A stretch of 32,359 bases of DNA from Nemertoderma westbladi (GCA_032718475.1 JAUCBJ010001830.1:1-32359), one strand, 5' to 3'; positions 1-9,379 are shown, counted from the first letter of the stretch. Notes: generated from the letters alone by a model not told the origin. Program-made: numbers and translations.

Positions 1-2
1 TA

Positions 3-3000
3 AAGATCATGGAAGATACTATCCACCAGACGAAGGACGGACATTATGAGGTAGGGATGTTATGGCGTAGCCAAAGTCCTAAACTTATAAACAACTATCC
101 GCTGGCTTTAAGACGTCTACACTCAATACGGCAACGTCTATTAAAGGACGAGAAAGCCCATCTGCAGTATAACACTCAGATGGAGACGTATTTGACAAAG
201 GGATACGCTATCCGAATGACTAACCCGGAGCGAGTGACAGACCAGACGTACTACTTGCCACATCACTACGTGAGACACCCCGACAAACCGGACAAAGTAC
301 GTGTAGTCAATGACTGTGCGGCTCTGTTTGAGGGAATGTCCCTCAATAGTGAGTTGATGGATGGACCGAACATGAATAATTATCTAATGGGGGTGATTAT
401 GCGCTTCCGTCAGCGTCAAGTAGCCTTTACTTGCGACGTTGAAGCGATGTTTCACCAAGTAAAAGCGCTAGAGCGAGACAGAGACAGTTTGCGGTTCCTC
501 TGGTATCCGGAAGGAGACTTAAGTCTACCACCAGCGACTTACCAAATGCAAGTTCGCGTTTTCGGTGCCAGAGACAGCCCAAATTGTACGATGTACGCCC
601 TAAAGCAGGCCGCTAGGGATCAGAAACACCTATATGACCCAGAGATAATTAGAATTGTGGAACGTGACTTTTACGTAGATGACGGTTTACAGAGTTGCGA
701 CACAGTAGAACGTGCTACAACAGTAGCACATCAATTACGGGACTGCTTGGCGGGCGGAGGTTTTAACCTCACCAAATTCGCCTCAAACAGTGCCGAATTA
801 GTAGACTCATTCGGGACAACTGAGCGTGGAGGTGGTGACATAGACCTAGAGTTCGAACCACTACCGACGACTAAGGTGTTGGGGCTCTTTTGGGACCCAA
901 ACACAGACAACTTCCGAGTGAAAGTGAGACTGGACAGTCAAGAGAACACACTGACAAAGAGATCATGCTTGTCAAAGTTGAGCCGATTGTTCGATCCGTT
1001 AGGATTCATCAGTCCAGTGATACTGCAAGCCCGCATTTATATGCGCAGTATATGGAAGGATGGACTAACATGGGACGAGCCGATCTCATCAGACCAAGTG
1101 GACTTATGGAAGACCTGGGAGGCGGAATTATCTTCGCTAGAGGATTATTCCATACCCAGGGTTTACTTTCCATTGCAAAGTACATTTCCTGACAACTTGG
1201 AACTACACTGTTTTTCTGACGCCAGTGACAACGGTTTTGGTGTGGCAGCGTACTTGCGCAGACAAGTAGAATCAGACGAGTTCGATGTTTCGCTCATTAC
1301 TTCTAAGGCTAAGACCATGCCTACTAAGTATATGACGACACCACGAGCCGAGCTACAAGCCGCAACCCTGTCAACCACCATCGTGAACCTCATACAGACA
1401 GAACTACAGTCGAGTTTACAGATATTTTATTGGACTGACGCGACGTTGGTTTTATTTTACATAAACAACGACACACTCGAATTCAAGACATTCGTTGCTA
1501 ACCGTCGCGCGGAAATTCTAGACCGTTCAATAAAAGGGGATTGGCGACATTGTCCCGGACCACAAAACCCAGCTGATATTGCGTCGCGAGGAATGATGCC
1601 TGAGGAATTCTGTAAACCGGAGAACAAAGAATTTTGGCAACACGGACCCCAATTCTTGCAGAAATCGACACAAGATTGGCCTCCGTTATACGACAACAAA
1701 TCTAACACTATCCCAAAGGACGCCGAAATCAAGAAACCAAAAAAGGGGAAGACAAAGAAAAAGACAACAGCGGCAAAACTCAAGAAGAAACCGAAGGCAA
1801 AATGGAAGGATATAACTTCAAAGGTCAAGAGAGGAAGACTTGCGAGCCTTTCTACACCAGACATATCGCCAGACGGTCAACCAGACACGTTACCAGACGG
1901 TCAACCAGACACGTTACCAGACGGTCAACCAGACATGTTACTAGACAGCCAACCAGACATTTTGCCAGACATATCACAAAATGTTCCACCAGACGCTAGT
2001 AACACACTGACTAACAGTAAAGCCGCAGTTTCCCTATTGGAGCGGCCTTCTATTGACAAACAACCAGATACGTTACCAGACGTATCGCCAGACACATTAC
2101 TAGACAGTCGACTAGACATTTTGTCAGAAACATCACAAAATGTTCTACCAGACACTAGTAATGTATTGACTAACAATAAAGCCGCAGTTTCCCTATTGGA
2201 GCGGCCTTGTATTGACAAACTACCAATTTTGACACACTTGAGCAACCATAAGCACGGTGAAACCTCATGTATTACAGATGTGGGTAGTACCTACGCTAAT
2301 GTAAATACAGGTGTTACTTTGCGCTCAAGAGACATACCGAACCTGCAACCTATGGTGAGACCTGGGATTAATATCGGCAGAAAAATTAGTTTACCGAAAC
2401 CCACTGATCCCATAGAGTTCAAACCACCATTAACGATCGACTTACAAAGTACCGACAACCAGAGTAAGAAGACGAAGAAGGACAAATTACTTGTAGACCC
2501 GGACGGATCAACAGTCAACAAGGGAATACTTACCGGCGGACCCGTGGGCCCTTCTAGTAATTCAAAACCTTCCAAAATCTCTATTGACTTACCTGATGAC
2601 GTCACAAATACTCATGTCGACCGTATTGTAAACTTAACAGATTCTTGGACAAGCGCTTGCCGAAAATTAGCGTGGATTGTACGTTTTGTACAATACGTTA
2701 AAGGCAAACGCGACTTTACGCGTCGACTTACATTGACTGAGATTGACAGGTGTGAAATCATATTAATTCGCCATTACCAACTGCGATATTTCGCGCGCGA
2801 ATTCACATCTATAAATCAAGGTCAACCAATCAAGTCGTCACCAATACTGAGTTGGAGTCCGATTATTTATAATGGCTTAATTTGTCATAAATCTCGGCTT
2901 CAAAATATTGACTTTAACACAAACTTTAGGTACCCAATAATAATACCGCAACATCACGAACTACAACGTGCAATGATACTGGACGCACATTTACATCTGA

Positions 3001-4124
3001 AACACGCTGGAAGACACCACTGTCTTTCCTACTTACGTACTAGATTTGTATTAATTAGACCCAGTAAAGCATTAAGTTCAGTGACACGTACGTGTATTAT
3101 TTGTAAAAAGGTACATTCTAGAATAGGTACCCAAGAAATGAGTGAACTACCACAAGCACGACTTCAAGCATTCAGACCACCTTTTACAGAGACTGGTATT
3201 GATTGCTTTGGTCCCATACATACGAAACGTGGACGTATACTAGTAAAACGCTGGGGACTGATTTTCACATGTATGTCCAGTAGGGCAGTTCATATTGAAC
3301 GTGTGATGGATCTTTCCACCAACGCGTTTATACTAGCACTGCGGCGATTTATCGCTAGACGCGGACTAGTAAAATGCTTGTACTCAGACCAAGGGACAAA
3401 CTTTGTTGGTGCTCGGAATGAGATTGCTAGAGCCTTTAAGAAATTAGATCATGATCAAATCTCGAACGAACTACAACCTCACAAGATTTTTTGGAAGTTC
3501 AACCCTCCAGATAGTCCTTGGAGAGGCGGAGTCTGGGAGAGATTGATTAGATCTATAAAGACAGCCATGGCAAAGGTCATTCCAGTAAACCACATATTAA
3601 CAGACGACCAACTGACAACATTGTTTGTTGAAATCGAGGCAATACTAAATACTAGACCAATAGTATTAGTACCCGATGACAAACAATCTCAGTTCGCTTT
3701 AACACCGGCACACCTGCTAATGCAGGCACCGACCACTTTAACGCCGATTTCTATTCCAATAGAAAGCGATAGTTACGGTAGAAAAGCGTGGAAAATCACG
3801 CAACTACTGGCTAACAAATTCTGGGAAATATGGCAAAACCATTATTTGCCCTCTATTTCTGCCAGAACAACTTGGTATAATAACACCCGCGCATTAAAGC
3901 CGGGAGATCACGTGCTGTTAGCGGAAGTGAATCTAAAAAGACGCTTCTGGATAACAGGTGTCATTTTAGCCACACATCCATCTATGGATGGAGTGACAAG
4001 AACTGTGACGGTACGGACAATTGACGGTCGTACAGTAGACAGACCGACTCAACGTCTCGTACTTCTTGAAGAGACTCGTAACGAGTCTGGAGACTACAAA
4101 TCTCCACCTAATACTAGTAAATAA
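3..4124 (+). CDS. pol: BEL/Pao Pol polyprotein (RT, Pao-type RNase H, integrase), 5'-truncated by the window edge
   Basis: Frame is open to the window start. RT: YYLPHH..KVRVVND, DVEAMFHQV, FYVDD. RNase H: LHCFSDAS, PRAELQAA, WTDA, NPADIASRG. Integrase: H..H..CIIC zinc finger, IDCFGP, YSDQGTNFVGA, GGVWERL, and C-terminal FWEIWQNHYL/DGVTRTV. Confidence 0.96.
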   Translation, partial: KIMEDTIHQTKDGHYEVGMLWRSQSPKLINNYPLALRRLHSIRQRLLKDEKAHLQYNTQMETYLTKGYAIRMTNPERVTDQTYYLPHHYVRHPDKPDKVRVVNDCAALFEGMSLNSELMDGPNMNNYLMGVIMRFRQRQVAFTCDVEAMFHQVKALERDRDSLRFLWYPEGDLSLPPATYQMQVRVFGARDSPNCTMYALKQAARDQKHLYDPEIIRIVERDFYVDDGLQSCDTVERATTVAHQLRDCLAGGGFNLTKFASNSAELVDSFGTTERGGGDIDLEFEPLPTTKVLGLFWDPNTDNFRVKVRLDSQENTLTKRSCLSKLSRLFDPLGFISPVILQARIYMRSIWKDGLTWDEPISSDQVDLWKTWEAELSSLEDYSIPRVYFPLQSTFPDNLELHCFSDASDNGFGVAAYLRRQVESDEFDVSLITSKAKTMPTKYMTTPRAELQAATLSTTIVNLIQTELQSSLQIFYWTDATLVLFYINNDTLEFKTFVANRRAEILDRSIKGDWRHCPGPQNPADIASRGMMPEEFCKPENKEFWQHGPQFLQKSTQDWPPLYDNKSNTIPKDAEIKKPKKGKTKKKTTAAKLKKKPKAKWKDITSKVKRGRLASLSTPDISPDGQPDTLPDGQPDTLPDGQPDMLLDSQPDILPDISQNVPPDASNTLTNSKAAVSLLERPSIDKQPDTLPDVSPDTLLDSRLDILSETSQNVLPDTSNVLTNNKAAVSLLERPCIDKLPILTHLSNHKHGETSCITDVGSTYANVNTGVTLRSRDIPNLQPMVRPGINIGRKISLPKPTDPIEFKPPLTIDLQSTDNQSKKTKKDKLLVDPDGSTVNKGILTGGPVGPSSNSKPSKISIDLPDDVTNTHVDRIVNLTDSWTSACRKLAWIVRFVQYVKGKRDFTRRLTLTEIDRCEIILIRHYQLRYFAREFTSINQGQPIKSSPILSWSPIIYNGLICHKSRLQNIDFNTNFRYPIIIPQHHELQRAMILDAHLHLKHAGRHHCLSYLRTRFVLIRPSKALSSVTRTCIICKKVHSRIGTQEMSELPQARLQAFRPPFTETGIDCFGPIHTKRGRILVKRWGLIFTCMSSRAVHIERVMDLSTNAFILALRRFIARRGLVKCLYSDQGTNFVGARNEIARAFKKLDHDQISNELQPHKIFWKFNPPDSPWRGGVWERLIRSIKTAMAKVIPVNHILTDDQLTTLFVEIEAILNTRPIVLVPDDKQSQFALTPAHLLMQAPTTLTPISIPIESDSYGRKAWKITQLLANKFWEIWQNHYLPSISARTTWYNNTRALKPGDHVLLAEVNLKRRFWITGVILATHPSMDGVTRTVTVRTIDGRTVDRPTQRLVLLEETRNESGDYKSPPNTSK
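1857..2220 (+). repeat. In-frame tandem repeats within pol: 24-nt units (PDGQPDTL) and a 159-nt (53-aa) duplication
   Basis: CCAGACGGTCAACCAGACACGTTA is repeated. AGCCGCAGTTTCCCTATTGGAGCGGCCTT occurs at 2021 and 2180 (159-nt offset). Confidence 0.9.
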
Positions 4125-4789
4125 TTAGGAGTTTACAAATAGATTTCCACGTACCTGTACACCGTCGTAAGGACAGCGGTAGAATTCCATTGTCTTTATA
4201 TGTGAACATTGAGGGTAGTACCCTTATGTGTCACATAGGAGCGGGATTTGTAGGTATAAGAAATGGAATTCTACTTGGAACTCACAATATTGAGACATTT
4301 TCGAAAATTTTAGACAATCCATTTAGATTTGAAAAAATTTTTAAAATTTTCTCCAGTGAATAGATTTCAGGGTACAGTCGGGTGGAACTTAAAATTAGAG
4401 AAACAAGAGAGGAAGACTTGCGAGCCTTTCTTAAAATTTTAATTAAATTTTACACGGTCTTGTTTCAATAAGTTACGTCAAAATAGACTCCCCTATATTT
4501 ATTACTAATTCTTGACTGCTTATTTTCTGATAATAGTTTGGGATCAAAAGGTGAGTATTTTAGACTCAAAGCCAGTTTAGCCCAAATTCGTTTTTTTTTA
4601 TTTCGGCAAAAAATTTTAGATAAGAAGCAGCGTGTCATTAAAGAAACCTTAGATCTTAGGCTATGGGTAGGAGGTTAGAGCGTTGTCGAGCCCAAAGGGC
4701 AGACGAAACTCTCACGTCTCCTCACAACTAACTACAAACTCTGTTGTATTCCCTCTAGTAGTAATGATTATGTAACTACACCCCTAATT

Positions 4790-5125
4790 ATGGAGAAAGG
4801 GATACAAGGAGAGCCGAGATGGGGATATGATATCCAAGAGGAGGCGGCAGCTTCATTCGAACGATTTGGAGCAAAAGACTACACTATATTTGGTATAAAG
4901 GAATTATCAGAAAGTACAGCGAAGCTCGCAAAGACAGCAATGCCTTTACTCGAGCAGGATTTAGTATATTTCGAGACGTGTATCTTCGCTGTGCGGGATC
5001 CCTTATCGAAAGACCATCTATGTTTACATTGTTACCCTATGAAGGAGAACGTATCGTGGAGATTACGGAAGAATCACGGCAGACGCGCGCGCCTATCGGT
5101 CACCTTGGTGATGAATTCGAAGTAA
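4790..5125 (+). CDS. Small hypothetical ORF-A (111 aa) overlapping the zinc-knuckle ORF; may not be a real gene
   Basis: ATG lies just downstream of a branch point/polypyrimidine/AG acceptor (ACTAAC 4727-4732; AG 4757-4758). No recognisable domain. Confidence 0.3.
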   Translation: MEKGIQGEPRWGYDIQEEAAASFERFGAKDYTIFGIKELSESTAKLAKTAMPLLEQDLVYFETCIFAVRDPLSKDHLCLHCYPMKENVSWRLRKNHGRRARLSVTLVMNSK

Positions 5126-6492
5126 CTACTACGATCGCCGACGATCCTTTAGAGGAACTTCTTGAGATAGAAAGGAACCTCCCGAAGAAATCTCAGACGG
5201 AGATTCGACAACTTGAAGCAACAGATGCTATAGTTTGTATACAACCTTCAGAAACCTACCAACCCATAGACCCAGATGATTACGATTATAGTGTGGGAGG
5301 AAGCGCTCGACCGATTGGGGATCTTATATACGAACGAGTGTGGTACCCTGCTAATACGATGTGTAGTAAATGTGGCGTCGCTGGACATCATATGGCAAAG
5401 TGCAGTGGAAAGCACATTACTACGACTCAGCTAATCTGTGGATGGTGTGGGGATCAAGGGTCTCATACCTTTTATACTTGCTGGAGATTTATGGCTCAAT
5501 GTACTTACTGCAATATAAAGGGACATCGAGCATCTGAATGCCAACTAAGAGACATACCCTATGAACACGAATCTGTTAAACTCGTGAGGAAGTTATTTGA
5601 TGAGTGGGAAGATTTGACCGACGAACATGTATCGGCACAGAGAAGACGGTTTCCGATGAGAGCGCATCTTGGATTTTGGGCGGTAAATCCTCAAACGATG
5701 ATGTCGGAAGGATACATCTCCGCTATGCCCCAATATGACGAACTTATCGAGGTTGTCGATATTTTGCCCCACGACAGCGGATTCCGAGTGGTGCGCGAGT
5801 ATCTGTTACAAATTCACCCGGATAACAAAAACACGTGGAATTTTCAGAAAGTCGTTAATCGGATTACGTATGGTGAATTCGATCGTTTCCGAACTGAAAA
5901 GCGGAACAAAGGAGCTTGGTTAACCGTCGCATGGGCGTACCGAGCCACGTTTTACCACAAACGTATACGAGCGAGCGTATTCGAGGAAGAAGAGGTCCTA
6001 GAGGCGACGAATATACCAGCCACTCCGGTTGCGCCGTCTGCACGTCACCCTCGGGAGGACGGGCAGGGTAGGATCATACGGGTCCAGAAAGTGGGCCAAC
6101 AATTGAAGAAAATTATTAATGTAGAAGAACGCAAGGGAGTTGAGCCGACTATTCGAGTTACTCGGGATACGGTATCACTTCCAAGAGAACCGGTAGGAGG
6201 ATCGGGACATACACCAGCTGATCAACAGGGGGCGCAAGCTACTCTTGGGTCTGCGTCGTCCGCCTTTCACGCGTTCCCAGACGTTCTACCAACTGTAGTG
6301 ACGACTGATCGGTCACGAGGAATTGGTCGAGGTTTTGGGGGGCCAAATAGACGAATTTGCGAGGAAATAGTCGCACCGTCTCTCAACGTCCCAAGTAAAC
6401 CAGTGACTCGCCCCATTAGTCCCATATCGCGAGCAAAGTCACCTGTGCGCAGTTTTCGAGGACGCGGCAGGGCTCGATCAACTAAGCGATAA
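4831..6492 (+). CDS. Accessory ORF-B of the BEL element: triple CCHC zinc-knuckle protein with an Arg/Gly-rich C-terminus
   Basis: Frame is open from 4831 (after TGA 4828-4830) to 6492; first in-frame ATG is at 5020. Knuckles CSKCGVAGHHMAKC, CGWCGDQGSHTFYTC and CTYCNIKGHRASEC lie at 5362-5541. Ends RSFRGRGRARSTKR. Start codon uncertain. Confidence 0.8.
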   Translation, partial: YPRGGGSFIRTIWSKRLHYIWYKGIIRKYSEARKDSNAFTRAGFSIFRDVYLRCAGSLIERPSMFTLLPYEGERIVEITEESRQTRAPIGHLGDEFEVTTTIADDPLEELLEIERNLPKKSQTEIRQLEATDAIVCIQPSETYQPIDPDDYDYSVGGSARPIGDLIYERVWYPANTMCSKCGVAGHHMAKCSGKHITTTQLICGWCGDQGSHTFYTCWRFMAQCTYCNIKGHRASECQLRDIPYEHESVKLVRKLFDEWEDLTDEHVSAQRRRFPMRAHLGFWAVNPQTMMSEGYISAMPQYDELIEVVDILPHDSGFRVVREYLLQIHPDNKNTWNFQKVVNRITYGEFDRFRTEKRNKGAWLTVAWAYRATFYHKRIRASVFEEEEVLEATNIPATPVAPSARHPREDGQGRIIRVQKVGQQLKKIINVEERKGVEPTIRVTRDTVSLPREPVGGSGHTPADQQGAQATLGSASSAFHAFPDVLPTVVTTDRSRGIGRGFGGPNRRICEEIVAPSLNVPSKPVTRPISPISRAKSPVRSFRGRGRARSTKR

Positions 6493-6569
6493 AAGGGAGG
6501 GCAAGGGTGGACGGAAGACTCGTGGGCCTTTCTTATGATTTGTGATTTATTTTGAATTATATGTTTTAT

Positions 6570-7120
6570 ATTTAGAAAACTTATGCAATTTGTATTGTTC
6601 CGAATTTATGAAATTTTGAAATAAGAACTTATATTTAGTAAACTTATATTTAGTAAGATTTATATTTGTAAGAATTTATATTTTATATTTGTAATTATTC
6701 CGAACGTATGCAATTTATATTATTCCGAACTTATGCAATTTATATTGTTCCGAATATTATGTAATTTATATTTTATAAGCAGTATTTGTATTTACAGTGA
6801 AATAGAAAGTTTTATAGATAGAGAATTTTGTGCTTAGAAAGACTCATATTTGTAATTATTCCAAACTTATGCAATCTACATTTAGGTACGAAAGTATTTG
6901 TAATTACTTGAATTTATGCAATATTTGAGATGCAATAGTAGATGGAAGACTCGCGAGCCTTTCTTATTGTTTTCATTTATTTGTATTTGTAATTGTTTGA
7001 ATTTATGCAATATTGAGATGCAATAGATTTATATTGGTGAATTTAATTTAGATTTATATTGTACTTACTTAGTAAAGCCTTAAATACGTAAAGTTTGAAT
7101 TTGTAATTATTTTTGTATTG
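6570..7120 (+). repeat. AT-rich degenerate tandem repeats in the retroelement 3' UTR
   Basis: Recurrent TTATGCAATTTATATTGTTCCGAA, TATTTGTAATTA and TTATATTTAGTAA units. Confidence 0.75.
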
Positions 7121-7259
7121 AATCATTACGTAGAAAGGAAGTATTGTTTGAAATTTAATTGTAAATATGTAAGTACGCCCTAAGTATTCTATAGTTTGAT
7201 TGATTATTGGTGAAAACCGTATATTTTATGCACGATAATATCCTGTTTTCATGGAGCGG

Positions 7260-7750
7260 TATAGAATTATATTCCCTAAATGCCGTGGATTTTCAAAATT
7301 TTATTTTTATTCGAATTAACTTTGTAAAGATTGCTTTGAGTTCTCATTTGTATTGGTTCTATCTATTGTGCACCTATTGGTCAAGTGGTTCAGTAGCTCA
7401 GTCGGTAGAGCGTTGGAAATTATATGTGTAGTAGGTATTGAGTTCAAATCCTAGTAAGTGCGAATTATTTTTTGTACAGAATTTCAACTCATTTAAATTA
7501 ACCGCTACAAATTAATTGCATTTGTCTGTACCAATGAGACCGTAGTTATTTGATTGTAACCAATGTCGTGCAAGTTATATATTAGCTGGACCAATAGCTA
7601 TCTTTAAAACCTTGTTAGAATCTATAGAACAATCGAGAATTTTCTCGATTGATTGCGGCACAAATTTAGTATATAAAGGTGCGATTCGTTCATTAGTTAT
7701 CACTCTCAATCTACTTCATTCAATTCAGAAATACTAGTCACATCTCAGCC
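7260..7750 (+). repeat. 3' LTR of the BEL element (start well supported; end approximate and possibly further 3')
   Basis: Follows PPT-like GGAGCGG. 7259-7339 is identical (81/81 bp) to 32279-32359, with unrelated upstream flanks. TATA-like TATATAAA near 7670. Confidence 0.7.
7387..7473 (+). pseudogene. tRNA-like sequence / Pol III internal promoter
   Basis: Intact D-arm GCTC-AGTCGGTA-GAGC with A box TAGCTCAGTCGG (7394-7405), B box GAGTTCAAATCC (7440-7451) and a T6 run ending at 7473. Anticodon, T and acceptor stems are degenerate, so it is not a functional tRNA. Confidence 0.7.
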
Positions 7751-9237
7751 CTTTTCCATCTGTTTTATCATGAATTCACTACGGTGAACAAACTCAGGGA
7801 CAGGATGGCCGGCTAGAGATCGGGCCGCAGCAATGAACGGGAACATCACGGGAAAGTAGACGAGAGACAACCCACAATACCATCTAGAGTTATTCGCCCA
7901 TCGCCTGAAAGGTTAGACAGCATTCGATCCTTGCTACCTAAGTGTAAGACCAAAAGATCAAAAGGTAGACGTAGTGACACGCTGCAAGCCTAAAATTACA
8001 TCATAGGGACTGTACTGTCTTGATTCAGGAAAACCCACAGTAGACCTTCACATTCCTACGGGGGGAGAGGGAGAGCGCAGGCAGATACTAGTACGCAGAT
8101 AGGACGTAGGCACACCGGTACAAGGCATACACATTGGTTAGGGTGCAGCAAACTGTACGCTTAACTCTTGCTAAGTACAAGTGCGTCTGTGACTATTTGC
8201 CGTGCAACAGTGTCCATTGCATTAGAACTTGTAGGCTAGGGGGGTTGCTGTGTTTTCACCTGAATTGGGATTGTACCGTTCAGGCGGTAGGGCAGTTTAC
8301 ACTAGGCGCAAATAAATTGAGGCTATCAGGGATATACTAACATCTACCGTGTCCCCGCCAACGCCCTAATAGGAAGTTACCCGGACTACCTGGGTGACTA
8401 AAATTCTAGATAGGAACCAGAATAGCTATTAGTACCCGTACGCCTACAGTAGTAAACTAACACATCTCTTCTTAGTATCAGGGACCTGGTACCTAAAATT
8501 GCCGAATTCTGGGCGTAGTATTAACCTTATGCCTGAATTTGAGTCCTGGAAATACGCAAGAGGGGAAGGAACCTTATCATTCGTGAGTATTGGACCTACA
8601 AGTTACAAAATTAGAATATTCGTAAAATGCACACCGTACCCAGTAATTATATATGTGAAGGAGCAAAACTGTTTTGACCGTTCAGAATTAACACGCGCGC
8701 GTTAGAAATTATTTACACCTCGAAATATATAAAATTAACTTTTGTCCTTACTGTGCTTTGCCCGCTAGTTAGACATCTCCAAATCTCTGCCTGTGTACCT
8801 AGCTAGCGTCTCTTTGCCCAACCATATAAATCACACCGCGGCAAAGTATACGAGCCCCTTAGTCCGTCAGCGAGTCAGCCTGATTTTAGGATTCGCTGCG
8901 CGGGATTTTGTTTTATCGAAGTTTGTCTGCTCGTAGACTGTTTTCTGCCTCACCGGTTATAAGAGATCGATACTGCAATATATTCGCTTACTTAGAGTTT
9001 ACTGTTTTGGTGAGAAGGTCGGATTTATGATTTGATTTACAAACTTTACAGTAGGATATTGCAGGTATTGTTACCGTCTCTTCCAATATTGCCCTTACAC
9101 AATTTAACTGTCATTTGTAAACCTTCTAACTAGGACTATTTAAGTTAAGTTTCTTATGACATTTTTAGTTTTACAATACTCTTATCCTTCATTAGTCTTG
9201 TTGCGCTGGTCCTGTTTTGTCTTAAAATAATTTTGTG

Positions 9238-9366
9238 TTATATTCAGATAATGGGACTAACTTCGTGGGTGCGGAGAATGAGTTAGCCGAAGCTCTCGAC
9301 ATCCTGGAGGGAGATGATGTCAGGGCGGTGATGAGGAAACACCTTATAAGGTGGGAGATAAACTAA
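9238..9366 (+). pseudogene. Integrase-core fragment of a second, divergent BEL/Pao element
   Basis: Translates LYSDNGTNFVGAENELAEALDILEGDDVRAVMRKHLIRWEIN*, collinear with LYSDQGTNFVGARNEIARAFKKLDHDQISNELQPHKIFWKFN of the first pol. Not in the ORF track. Confidence 0.85.
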
Positions 9367-9379
9367 AAACCCATATTAA

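Larger units (their letters stand above)
1..7750 (+). mobile_element. BEL/Pao LTR retrotransposon, 3' portion (5' LTR, gag and protease lie outside the window; 3' boundary approximate)
   Basis: Pol domain order RT-RNase H-IN with BEL-type motifs, then an extra ORF, an AT-rich 3' UTR, purine-rich GGAGCGG (7253-7259) and a sequence repeated exactly at 32279-32359. The LTR 3' end cannot be fixed from this window. Confidence 0.9.

Noticed and set aside
890-3682. Short alternative-frame and antisense ORFs within pol
   Set aside because: Shadows of the long pol frame and its repeats.
7387-7460. Functional tRNA gene
   Set aside because: Acceptor, anticodon and T stems do not pair.
8139-8148. TAGGGTGCAG as the partner TIR of the hAT end at 25055
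   Set aside because: Only 10 bp match and the flanks (ACATTGGT vs GTACATAC) give no TSD.
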